A DNA stretch of 62,972 nt, counting the filler, from Reticulomyxa filosa (taxonomy: Eukaryota > Protista > Foraminifera): the NCBI GenBank assembly GCA_000512085.1. It is 20 parts of 20 records of this genome, joined end to end, with 100 filler letters (N's around TTAATTAATTAA, not from the genome) between each part and the next. Parts side by side here need not be neighbours in the genome. Positions count along the whole stretch, not along the records: positions 52,212 to 54,159 come from ASPP01023620.1; positions 54,260 to 55,297 come from ASPP01028513.1; positions 55,398 to 58,698 come from ASPP01026693.1; positions 58,799 to 61,557 come from ASPP01017799.1; positions 61,658 to 62,972 come from ASPP01019618.1; 15 more parts are not named here. One strand, 5' to 3'. Below the pieces are notes generated by a model. The model saw only the letters and a program-made list of their open reading frames with translations. It did no database searches and was not told the DNA's origin. Of the stretch, positions 52,246 through 62,972 are shown one piece after another (the stretch's first letter is position 1; the number at the start of each line of letters is the position of its first letter). The position numbers were made by a program, and so were the translations under genes.

Positions 52246-54135
52246 ATTGTTATTGATACCATTAGTTTGATCACTTTGACCATCATTTGTAGTTGTTGTT
52301 GTCTGTTCTTTGGGGGCTACGGATGGTGTATCTGATGCTATGGTTGTTGTTGTTGCTGTGGTTGCTGTGGTTGCTGTGGTTGCTGTGGTTGTTGCTGTTG
52401 TTGCTGTGGTTTCTGCTGCAGTGGTCTCTGTGGCGGTAGTGGATGGAGTTGGTGAAGATGCAGGTTGCGGAATAGGAATATCTCCATTTGGCTCTTTCTT
52501 TGTTTGCTCTTTCTCATTAATCTGCGCGCAGAGCTTGTCCATCACATGTTTTCGTAGAATTGGGAAAACCAACTGACTAGCATTGTACTGAGAAGGATGC
52601 ACTCTCCACAAACGTGGTGGCGGTTTTATCAGAGGCGTCGTGGTTTTGTCTGATTTGTCGCCCGTTTCATTACCACTTTTGTTTCTCGCTTTTTTTTTGT
52701 CTTGGAGTTGGGCTTCAATATACTTTTCGTACGATTGTAGCGTCTCGTCGACATTGTCTACTTTTATTCCCTGTTTTCGTTGTCATTTGTATACATAACA
52801 TACACATATATCCATATATACAAATATACATATACATACATATACATATATATATATATATATTTATGTATACACATATGTGTATATCAAATAAAAATCT
52901 GTAATCACTGCAACATACCAAAAATGCTGAAACGAGAACATACAACTCTGGTAAAGTGATGTGTCTTGACACACAGAGATCGTTGTGCAACAGGTTGGCG
53001 TCGCCCTGTCCTTTGGCGTTGAGTTTGCAACAATAGAGATAGACAGGGTATACATCAATTCGCAACGTGTCGGGGTTGCTGATCATATTGAGCTCTTGTA
53101 TCAACGTGTTGTACTCTTGGTCAATGGCTTCCAATTGTTTGTTTATTTCGGTTTTGTCTAGTTTTGGTATTTTTTGTTTTTGTTGTCTTCGTTTGCAGCT
53201 GGGGACGCCTCCTCTTCGCTCTCATCATCCGCAGATACCTTTCTATTTTTATTCGAGTTCATCGAGTGATACCCATTTTGTGCCTTTGATTGCTTCGAGT
53301 CTTTTTCCGCTTTTTTGTTGGATTCTTCTTGTTCTTGAGCTTGTTCATATTCCCTTACTTTCATGTGACAAATTGGGCATACGTTACACGTATATACAAA
53401 TACACGTGTAACGTATGTATGTGTATACGTATACATAAGTATAACATATACATATATATAGTATATACATGCATTACTTATAAAAAAAAAAAAAGGTGAA
53501 AAGAAGACAAACGTATATAACACACACACACACACACACAAAAGAAAAATACTTTGGTTTTCTAAAATGAGTCTTTTGCATTGAATTTGAAGTAGTTGTA
53601 CTCGTACAGCTTTGCTGACAGAAACGACATGTCGTTCGATTTCGGGCCCTCCTCCATACCACTCTCGCAGTTGGATCCAAGCGGATAAGGAAACCAATTG
53701 ATAGTGCGTACCCTCTTGTAAGTCTTTTTTCAGGACGCACACATGTAACTGCGGATCGAGCAAGTCGTTATTGTCAATTTTTAAAGGTCTTAATCTTTGA
53801 TGCATTCCATTAGTAATCTTTGTCGTCGCTTCTGATGCTGATGCTGTGTCTGTAGTGGCAGTGGTTGTTGCAGACGTGGATGCAGAGAAAGCTGTCGCTG
53901 TTGTCGATTGGACTTCGTCATCTTCCCAGCCCACATAAGCACACCACGAATCCCACCACTTTTGAGACAAGATATACCACTTCGATCCTAATTGCTTCGA
54001 AGATGACCTCATTAATTCTGTTATCTTCTTTTTTTCATCTTTGCGTGTTGGGATTATATTGAATGATTCAAACAAGTCGTTCAGTTTCAAGCAAGAGCTT
54101 CCAAATGCAACAAACGAATCCATTTTTACTAACAT
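52212..54135 (-). CDS. Ubiquitin-specific protease of USP4/11/15 type, N-terminal DUSP and Ubl region (partial)
   Basis: The DUSP domain reads WYILSQKWWDSWCAYV, PLKIDNNDLL, LQEGTHYQLV and AWIQLREWYGGGPEIERHVV. It is followed by IDVYPVYL...VSRHITLPEL. The catalytic domain is not in the contig. Confidence 0.82.
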
Positions 54136-55397
54136 TTGTGCAAAAAAAAAAAAAAAAAANNNNNNNNNNNNNNNNNNNNNNNNNNNNNNNNNNNNNNNNN
54201 NNNTTAATTAATTAANNNNNNNNNNNNNNNNNNNNNNNNNNNNNNNNNNNNNNNNNNNNGCACTTTTGATAATACTAACTTATACATACAAACAAAATAT
54301 TTAAAGTAAGTTATGTGTGAAATGTGTTGCAAATCCCGTCTGACCTTCAACAAAACGGTTTGATCGTGCGTAGTAAACAAAGAATTATAGTTGTTTGTCA
54401 CAAAGTGTTCCTTCAGCTTTTTTTTTTTCTACGAAGCTCGTCAGCTGCTTTTTGCAGCTCTAAATTGTGCACAGTCACGAAACATATTAAAGAAGAATTA
54501 ATTTAAAATAGATGCTACCGATAAAATTTTTGTACACATTAAAAGAAACTTGAACTGGTCCATATGGACTAAAACAAGAGAGATAACTACAGAACAGAAG
54601 TGATATCGTTACTTATTTTTTTCAGAAGAACACATTTCTGTCATACATTATTTTATCATTGCTACGGTTTGAAGAAGAATCCTCGGTTAAAGGGCTTTTC
54701 TGGTTTTAATAGTACTTTTTTTTAAACCGAACATGTTGAGTTAAGTTCCCAATCGAAATTATATAAAATCTCTCGCTCAAATCAGACGTGTCCATTACTA
54801 AATCTGGAACTGAATATTGTTTTTTCCTCTTCAAATCAAGTTTTTGAACTGAACAACCGCCGAAACGGGGGTGTTGCCTGATACTCCAAGAGGACAGAAT
54901 ACTTCTGGGCATGCGAAAAGTGGGTTTACACAAACAAAATTTGAGCAGGAGATAGTTGTTGAACACTTGGCAAGATCGGTGGGCTATACTTTTTTTTCTT
55001 ACCAACTTTGTGCAACTATGTGTCCACTTTGGAGACACAATATATCCGTCCCGATTCGAATTTGTTGTGTTGAACGATCCCTACCAATGTATGTCCATCC
55101 TAAAGCGAGGGACATCTTTTTGTGCACGATAAAAGTGAGCTCACACGCTGTGGCTTGGTGCATTTATATGACCCAGCACAAGAGAACTTAATGTTGTCTC
55201 TGCTCAAAATTTGGAGACATTTCAGATACACAATCATTTTGTCTGTTGATTTATACAACGGTTTGTTTTTGTTTGTCGGGTTTTCACCGCATTGGGTNNN
55301 NNNNNNNNNNNNNNNNNNNNNNNNNNNNNNNNNNNNNNNNNTTAATTAATTAANNNNNNNNNNNNNNNNNNNNNNNNNNNNNNNNNNNNNNNNNNNN

Positions 55398-55928
55398 AAA
55401 AAAAAAAAAAAAAAAAACTACCAAACAGCTATTATAGGCCAATGGAATAATAACCGCGTTGAGAATAAGATTTGGTAAGAACAACAGGAAAAAAACATGC
55501 CTAAGGCTGGTTAAGATGTGCTGATATTTCACAAACACGTCCATTTTGCGGTATCTGCGATTCAAAAGACTTCGCCATTCTTGCGATCCTTGGGCGACTT
55601 TGATGTGGATATAAGTGAACCAATACTTGGCCAACAACAAGTCAAATAGTAATAAACATATGTTGATTTCCAGTAAAACCAGCACGTGCAACGGAATTTC
55701 ATACAACTTTAATTCAAGACTAAGTATTTCGATTGGAATAAAAATCATCGTATAAATCGCACTACAAATTGCCACAAATTTCCCCAACGCTGGGTGCCGT
55801 ATTCTCAAATACTTTCTTTCTTTATTTTGGGTCCATAAACGGAACATATACCAAAATAAAGGAGGCTCAATCATCAACGTCAACAAGCCATGTAACGATA
55901 GTGCTGTCCAATTCCATGCTGTGGGCAT
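55398..55928 (-). CDS. Multi-pass membrane protein N-terminus, 7TM-RGS-like by eye (partial)
   Basis: Four TM segments, with a basic KYLRIRHP loop after TM1 and KYW...K...EWRSLLN after TM3. The C-terminus is missing, so an RGS domain cannot be confirmed. Confidence 0.5.
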
Positions 55929-56391
55929 GTTCTAAGCCAACTTTTATTTTTGATAATGCACCTTGCAAAAGTACGTTCGCAATAATGAGTTGCAAGACAA
56001 CATTGCATCAGACTGGAAACGTTGCATAGTTCGGAATAAAAAAAAGTGACTTTGTAAAAATAGAATAAAATAAAAGACAATAAATTGACACAATGAATGT
56101 GAATACATTACAAATAAAAACACGGTAAAATACAATATTGTTCCAGCACAAAAAAACAATAAAAAAATAAAACAAGAGGCTTGATTGATTGCACAGGACC
56201 ATGTGATTTCCAAAAATCTTACATTCATTTTTTATTTTTCATTTTTGTCATATATCAATGGCTTGAGCGCAAAAAAAAAAAAAAAGAAAACATTGTAAAT
56301 TATTGTTTTGGGATCGGAAGAGGTCTTGTTGGGTTATCCGGCAATGCTATGATAATATGTTATGTCCTAGCTTTTGTAATGGACACATACT

Positions 56392-57573
56392 TCATAAATT
56401 TATAAAAAAAAGTTTTGTAATAAGTTCCTTACCTTTATTGAACAGAGGAAGACCAGGAGTATGCGGGTTGGCGGATGGACCATTTGGCGAAGTGGAGGAC
56501 ACAGGAAGCTGACGAACATGGTGTAAGTCTACGCGACGAAGGGTGGACGTTTGCTTAAGGATGGGAACAGGTGGAAGAGGAGCACGTTTTGGAAGGGGAA
56601 GTTCAATTCTTTTTTTGATGGAACTTGGCAAGAAGAAAGTTGGGATTTGGATCGACGACGATTGTGCAGAGACAGTAACTGATCTCACCGAGGGTGACAC
56701 GGAACTTGTTGTGTTGAGAGTCTTAATTTCCATTCCTAGGACATTGAGCAAAGGAAGACGATTATTATTATTATTGTTATTATTATTATTAGTATTATTA
56801 TTATTGTTATTATCATAACCATTTGAAGTCGTAATAATAGTGTTGGTACTGACAGTAGTTGTGTTAACATTGATATGGCCGTTTGGATTACCCACTTCTT
56901 GTTCACACATACACACAAATAGAGTCTTGTTTGGTCTTGACTCAGACAAGAGAAAATACCTTTGCTAGGATTAGACGAGTGTGTGACAGGAGGGATGGAA
57001 CTGACGACGGGTGGACCAAGTGGGGGGTGGTATTGGACGCAGCAATTGCAACAAAGACATAAACACAAAGTGCGACAGGGTGAAAACAAGAGCAGCACGA
57101 AGCAGCGCAAAAAGCGGAACATTTGTGTCTTGCGATGATAAAGACATTGAGGAGGGGCAAGATAGGAAATTTTCCAGGACTGCATCATTGGGTTGGCGGA
57201 CAAATTGAACTGCACACGCAACGAAGATAACAGCAATTGTGCCATTTGCTCATTTTTGACTCGACTGTCGCTGTCGTTGGTTAACAGCGAATTGACGACG
57301 GAATAACGGAGATTGATATCCGTGCGTTCGTCATTGCTCTGGCTTTTTTTCTTCGTCATTTCCGTCAGTATACGCCCTTCCACACGCATTACCACGATAT
57401 CATTCTCTCCTCGCGAGGTCGTGCATTGGTCAATCACCACCGTCGTCGGCGTATTCAAATGCAATACCTGTTGGATCGCCGACTGAATCCTCCATTGCGA
57501 GTGCACCATATAGTCTGCCAACTCGTGACTTTCCATGCGAAATGAAAAGCAATAGGCTACACACACAAATATA

Positions 57574-57623
<50 letters not shown>

Positions 57624-58630
57624 ATATATTTATATATATAAAGATATCCGCGCGTGCAAAACCTGCAGTATTTGGATAACTACTTCGATGGGCAAAATAA
57701 TAAGACGCGGAAAACAAGAACGACAGACTGCTCGACAAAACGGTGGCATAAAAAATGACTTGGCTTTGGGAGCTGGGCGCAATGCTTAGGAAGTAAATCA
57801 GCTGAAGCAACAAGCTGAGCACATTTTGTCCAATGACATTGACCATGAAACGTTGGGTACGCACACGGACCATTTCGATAATGGCAAGTGCATCCCAAAC
57901 ATTTCCGTTGGGAAGAGCAGGGAGTTGCACAACTCCAGACCGGGATGAATGCCTCCAAACACCATCGAGAGACTAATGAGAAGCCAACTCCACTTCTCCA
58001 GCCAATGTCGTGTCTGTCGCGGGGACTGCAGGTTATTCCACACCTGCAACAGATGCACCATGTAGAACAGCTTTCCAATGTACGAGGACAAGATCTTTAG
58101 CAATGACACTACAAACAATCCTTGCGTCTTCTCGCGAAGTGACAGCAGCCAACAAAATGCAATGTCGCTAAAGAAATCCCATGCATCCAACACCACCCAC
58201 AGCAAAGCCATATAATTTACCGGATCGGATACTAACATTGACATATATATGTGTATATGCACATATATGTTGATATATATTAACATATAAATATATATAC
58301 ATATATTAACATATATATATAAATATATATATATGTTAATATATGTATATATATGTCAATATATATGTCAATATGGACAAATTCAAAACAGTGATAGTAT
58401 CGAAGAGAAGCATAAAGTGCGGCACACGCCATGATCAAAGCAATGGCAAAAAGGCTGGCCAGATAACTGTACGATATCGTTGTTATAAATTGTATTGATG
58501 CAATAAGCATTTCATCGCTCTTGCACTTTTCCCCATCCACGACTGACACGTTTAGTTTCCCGTAGTTTTGCACAAGTACTTGTTGCGACCCAGTCTTTTT
58601 TTGTTTGTCGACCAAACACCAACGCCACAC
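56392..58630 (-). CDS. Multi-exon multi-pass membrane protein with long cytosolic tail
   Basis: Hydrophobic exons (LDAWDFFSDIAF...; VNVIGQNVLSLLLQLIYF) are separated by (TA)n introns. There is a frame break near 57880. Exon boundaries are approximate. Confidence 0.55.
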
Positions 58631-58798
58631 AAAAACACGTATGGAATGTACTGCACTTGAGTATGTGTTATATTACAAAATATTATGAACAAAAAAAANN
58701 NNNNNNNNNNNNNNNNNNNNNNNNNNNNNNNNNNNNNNNNNNTTAATTAATTAANNNNNNNNNNNNNNNNNNNNNNNNNNNNNNNNNNNNNNNNNNNN

Positions 58799-59619
58799 TG
58801 CTCTCCTAGTATAACATGTATCTAAATGTTAGCAATCCCAAGAGATTTAATCTTCCTCTGGATGAAAAAATTCAGGCTGTTAATAAGCTAATTAAGGAAG
58901 TTGAAAAATTAAATTATAAAATTATGGATAAAGAAAGTATCAAAGAGAAAATTAATCAAGACATCAAAAGTGTTAGTGAAAAGAGATTATTTAGATCTGA
59001 TAAACTCCATATTGACTCCATTGGAAGTGGTATGACATATGAAGAACAAAAACAAACAGTAGATTCTATCGTCAAGGATGTGAAAAAAAAGTGGTGTTAA
59101 ATTGAGCGGGTCAGAAGCAAGAATGGTTAAAGAAGGTTTATCAGAAATGACAAGTAACTTCACTAGAAGCGATAGGAAAGCTTTTACTGATAATGTATTA
59201 GGTGATGTTAAGCTTAAATCTTCTCTTAAAATTTACTTTCTACAACTGATGGGAGAGAGCTCTTAAATTGTGTTACTAAAAATAAAAATCTAGCTGTCGC
59301 ACTAGGAGTAGAAGCAGCAATCAATGATATAAATCCTTTAGATAAACGTCATTTTGTTGGGACATTTCAACAATTTGAAGATGCTATACCCAATAAGGTA
59401 TTATTAAAAAATAAGGATTTGGTTACCAGTGTGGTAGAGCAGTTAAAAGATGAAGGATTGTTATTAGATGGTAGAATTCGTGTTGATATGCCAATACAGT
59501 ATTTCAACCAAAAAGTTGAAGAGTATGCAACTAAATTTGCTACTGAGAAAGTAGGACAACATGCTAATAGAATTGAAAGTCAACGAATGACTGGGCAAGG
59601 ACAAAATATAAGTCATTAG
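58799..59619 (+). pseudogene. Bacterial hypothetical protein broken by frameshifts (or sequencing errors)
   Basis: ORFs 58816..59100 and 59419..59619 can be joined via frame changes near 59090 (A run) and 59270. It ends GQHANRIESQRMTGQGQNISH*. Confidence 0.55.
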
Positions 59620-59762
59620 AAGCGAACTAAAACTGGATTAAATATTTTGTTTGATATTTATCAAACGTCAATATAGGCTTGATTTTATGAGGATTTCGTG
59701 GTTATCTTAAACTATATTTTCTAATAAATTTCAATATACACAATTCAAATAAACAATATTTT

Positions 59763-59767
59763 AGGAG
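59763..59767 (+). promoter_or_regulatory. Shine-Dalgarno site (AGGAG) of the BON gene
   Basis: ttAGGAGacgaactATG, with 7 nt spacing to ATG 59775. Confidence 0.75.
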
Positions 59768-59774
59768 ACGAACT

Positions 59775-60035
59775 ATGAAAGATATTGATTCTAAGATATC
59801 TGAAGTATTAAACGATGCAAGTATTACTTCCATAATTAAAGCAAAATATTTAGCTGATTTTATGATAAGCGTTTTTGATATAAGTGTTAAGTCAGAACAT
59901 AGAATAGTGACCTTGAATGGCGAAGTGCCTAATAAAGAAATAGCTGAAAGAGCTATTTCAATAGCTAGAAATACAGATGGAGTTTTGGATATAGTTGATA
60001 ATTTAACTACACCAATAGTTGAAAAAAGAGAATGA
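59775..60035 (+). CDS. Single BON-domain (OsmY-like) protein
   Basis: DASITSIIKAKYL...ISVKSEHRIVTLNGEV....AERAISIARNTDGVLDIVDNL fits the BON consensus; RBS present. Confidence 0.9.
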   Translation: MKDIDSKISEVLNDASITSIIKAKYLADFMISVFDISVKSEHRIVTLNGEVPNKEIAERAISIARNTDGVLDIVDNLTTPIVEKRE

Positions 60036-60040
60036 GCACA

Positions 60041-61419
60041 TCAAGCTGCTAAACAACTTAACTCATATAATTCTAACGCTGGATTTTTCAAATAAAAACA
60101 ATGGGCATTGCAGAATGAATTGAAAGTTTTAACATCTTGATAGTGTTCATATCTTTTATCAGATATTACTATTTTTACTAATTCTAGATCATCAACATCG
60201 TTAATTACTATATAGCTAGCGTCCGAGGTGTTTTTTAATGGAGTAGGTAATAAGTAAGTATCTTTCAAATAAACATCTTCAGCTTGTTTCATCGATAAAA
60301 GTTTTACATTAATTTTATCAGATATTGGCTGCGCAACTTGATTAAATACTTTATTAACGGCCTGAATACCTTGTTGGTTTTCTCTTATGAAATATAATTT
60401 CAAATACTTCCACTCATGTTGCATAAAGTTGCTCAAAAAGCTTAATCCCTCAGGTGAAAAATTACCTTTAGTATAAGCAATAAAAGCAGTTGAACTATAG
60501 GGTTTTTGATAGAAGCAAAATTTTTCAACAGCTTGTGGATAAGATTTTAAGTTTTAGCTAATAAGGAAATTTGCTCTAATTGTGAATCTATGTATTTATT
60601 GAGATCATTACAAAGAGTCTGTGGACCTAATTCATTAAATAATCGCGCATTTATAAGCTTTAGGTTATTAATATAATAATTAAATAAATCAAGATTATAA
60701 TAATCTATCATTAAACCAGCTATTCCTATTCCTACTGTAACGACGGAGGTTGGAATTTTATATTTATTGAATACTGTAATTTCCTTTTGATGACGTGGAA
60801 ATAATAAATGTGTTGTTAAAGTTAAGCTACATGCTAAAGCAGTTGGATATTGCTGATAGATTCCCATACCTATTGGTATAACTATTGCCTTTGTAAGAGA
60901 TGGGACTAGCTGTAATGAAAAGTAGAATTCTTTAATTTTAGTAAAATAAGTATTAAAATTTAAAGGTTTGGTATCATAGCTTAGGTAAACCATACTTGTT
61001 ACTAGATAAGAGAGGGTATTTATCACAAATGAAGTACCCCAAGATATGAGCGGATTATGATATTGCAGGTAATCATAGATTAAACCAGTAGACGCTGCTG
61101 ATATTTTTCCTATGGGATGATATAGGTCTATTTTATTTGCCATTTCAGAAGTTAAATAGCTTATTTTATTATTTTCCCCTAAGTATTTATCAAGATTAGT
61201 TTGTATAAAATTCCCTCCTAAAAATTCATAAAAACTATTGATACCCATGTCATAATCCATGCTTGCCAATTCCGTACCTCGAAAGCTACGTGGAACTATA
61301 CCATCAAAAGTAATTCCAATTACAGTACCTGCTATAGCTTGATGTTTTAAAGCGCATAGAGTAACTGCTGCTGGGATGTAAGTATGAAATTTAATCGCTG
61401 TACTTTTGCCTTGAATATT
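60041..61419 (-). pseudogene. Bacterial membrane-associated hypothetical gene, 5' end interrupted by an IS, with a frameshift at about 60550
   Basis: The frame of 60547..61269 stays open upstream to the IS boundary (IQGKSTAIKFHTYIPAAV...GTELASM). The frame of 60041..60436 stays open upstream to about 60548 (LKSYPQAVEKFCFYQKP...), so the two ORFs look like one gene. Confidence 0.6.
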
Positions 61420-61557
61420 AGACTTCTTTCGAAACTCATAACTTCAGCTCCCAATTATAAAAAGCAGTAATAAGATTAAAACGTAGGCCAAACCTCTTTC
61501 TTCTATTGCGATACCGATCAGCAATAATCTTAAAACGCTTTAACATACCGATAACAT
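61420..61557 (-). mobile_element. Right end of an IS5-family (ISL2/IS1381-like) insertion sequence: transposase C-terminus plus terminal inverted repeat
   Basis: Minus strand 61557-61436 reads VIGMLKRFKIIADRYRNRRKRFGLRFNLITAFYNWELKL*. It is followed by GTTTCGAAAGAAGTCT (TIR-like) and an AT-rich target. The fragment is too short for the ORF track. Confidence 0.85.
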
Positions 61558-61657
61558 NNNNNNNNNNNNNNNNNNNNNNNNNNNNNNNNNNNNNNNNNNN
61601 NTTAATTAATTAANNNNNNNNNNNNNNNNNNNNNNNNNNNNNNNNNNNNNNNNNNNN

Positions 61658-62922
61658 TGTTGTCGCTGTTGTCGCTGTTGTCGCTGTTGTCGCTGTTGTC
61701 GTGGTCGTATCGGAGCGCTTGGAGCCATTCGACAGGTTATGCTTCGCGAGAGTGTGATAATAGTTGGTTGAGGATTTCGGAGCACCTTTTTAAAAATAAA
61801 AAACAGATATTTGTGTATTCAATTTCTCAAAAAAAAAAAAAAAAAAAAGGATAAAACTTGAATCGTCGTCTGAATCTTGCATAAATGGACTGTCGTGACG
61901 GTTTCCATTTTGGCGCGCAGTGGCGTAAGAAGAGTGCGAAACGGGAGTCGTAGAAATGACATTGGATTTATAGAGTGGACGGGCACATACTACTTCCGCT
62001 TCATCATTATTATTATTATTATTATTGTTATTATTACTATTATTATTATTATTATTATTATTGTCATGAATGCTGTCATTGTTGTTATTGTGAATGTTGG
62101 GCGTTGTTGCGACAAGACAGCTTTGCGAGGCCATGGAAGTGGTAAACACGTCGGAAGAGAAAATATAACGCAGTGACAGCAGTTGCAGCTGAGTCGTGTT
62201 TTGCACGACGACTTCTCCTACAACCACTGTGAGCACAGAGGCGTCTTCATGCTCCGCAAGAACCAACGTATACTTTGCCAACGTAGTGCGTTCTGGCGAT
62301 GGCGACGATGAAGAAGAAGTTGGATCATAGGTTGTGATGGGAGGAATTTCAAAGTTGGCATCGTGAGTTTTTATTTGATGGTGCGTCATCGCATTGGATT
62401 CTTTGTTGCTGTTGTTCTTGATTGCATTATTACCAAAAGCGTTCTGACCTACCACTATCACTTTCGTCGCTGTACTTATGTCGCACACAATTCGACCTCG
62501 GCGAATGGGAATGTAACACTCTTTCTGCAACTCCGCAATGTTTACCATTGCGTATTCTTTCTTTGGACTGTGTTGTACATTGCCCATCATTACACAATTT
62601 CAAACAAGCAAAAATGTTCAAGGTTATTACAGTTATATGCAAAGACAAATTTATTTATTTATTTTTTATTTTTTTATTTTTTTTTGTGTAATACAAACAC
62701 TGTCCCTAACTTCTTTCGATACAATTTTGCAGGTACACGAGCCAAACTCAAAGTAGTCTCGTCCGGCTTATCTGATAGCAAATGGCTCACTCGAAAGCGA
62801 ATGGAAACGTATCGAGTTGTGATATCGTTTGCGGAGCATTCAAACTCATCTTCCGTGAGAGAAGGTATGACCCTTGTGCAATACACACCAAAGGGAAGAG
62901 GGGGCACATTGGAAAGAGGACA
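61658..62922 (-). CDS. Internal exons of an unidentified eukaryotic protein (Asn-rich)
   Basis: Open frames 62674..62907 and 61790..62590 are separated by poly-A/T introns. The 9-bp repeat tgttgtcgc lies at 61658-61700. No family recognised. Confidence 0.5.
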
Positions 62923-62972
62923 CCCAAAAAAAAAAAAAAAAAAATTCCCTTTTTTTTTTTTTTTTTTTTTTT

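Larger units (their letters stand above)
58799..61557. other. Bacterial contig (probable AT-rich intracellular symbiont or co-sequenced bacterium)
   Basis: Gene-dense and intronless, without microsatellites or poly-Asn. It has a Shine-Dalgarno site, a BON-domain gene and an IS5-family end. Confidence 0.88.

Noticed and set aside
61444-61446. In-frame TGA as evidence for genetic code 4
   Set aside because: It lies inside the IS in a non-coding frame; TGA terminates the BON and transposase genes normally.
1882-61657. Regularly recurring TTAATTAATTAA palindrome as a CRISPR repeat, recombination site or chromosome-breakage signal
   Set aside because: It is always centred in exactly 44+44 Ns, so it is an artificial six-frame-stop linker.
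58699-61657. Bacterial genes as horizontal transfer into the host genome
   Set aside because: Both sides are artificial spacers, so there is no physical junction with eukaryotic DNA.

Overview
This window is not one locus. It is 20 short assembly contigs joined by 19 identical 100-nt artificial spacers (N44-TTAATTAATTAA-N44), so adjacency across spacers means nothing. Nineteen contigs are AT-rich, intron-containing eukaryotic DNA with poly-Asn proteins, (TA)/(CA)-microsatellite introns, amplified WD40/Kelch families and many decayed gene copies. This resembles a foraminiferan such as Reticulomyxa (inference from style and gene families). Recognisable, mostly partial genes are a GH5 endoglycoceramidase, an HSPA12-like Hsp70 with an N-terminal RanBP2 zinc finger, two Kelch-like genes, WD40 ends, RUS1/DUF647, a GT92 glycosyltransferase, a Ser/Thr kinase, a formin, an isopentenyl phosphate kinase-like protein, a DUSP-Ubl USP and a multi-TM protein. 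One contig (58799-61557) is bacterial: it has a BON-domain gene with an RBS and an IS5-family transposase end with its terminal repeat, and probably comes from an intracellular symbiont. The most intriguing candidate is an intron-containing gene (about 7740-10971, minus strand) carrying a RelA/SpoT synthetase-like nucleotidyltransferase domain among ankyrin-like helices, i.e. a possible eukaryotic alarmone or toxSAS-like enzyme. All domain calls are by-eye motif recognition, with no database search.
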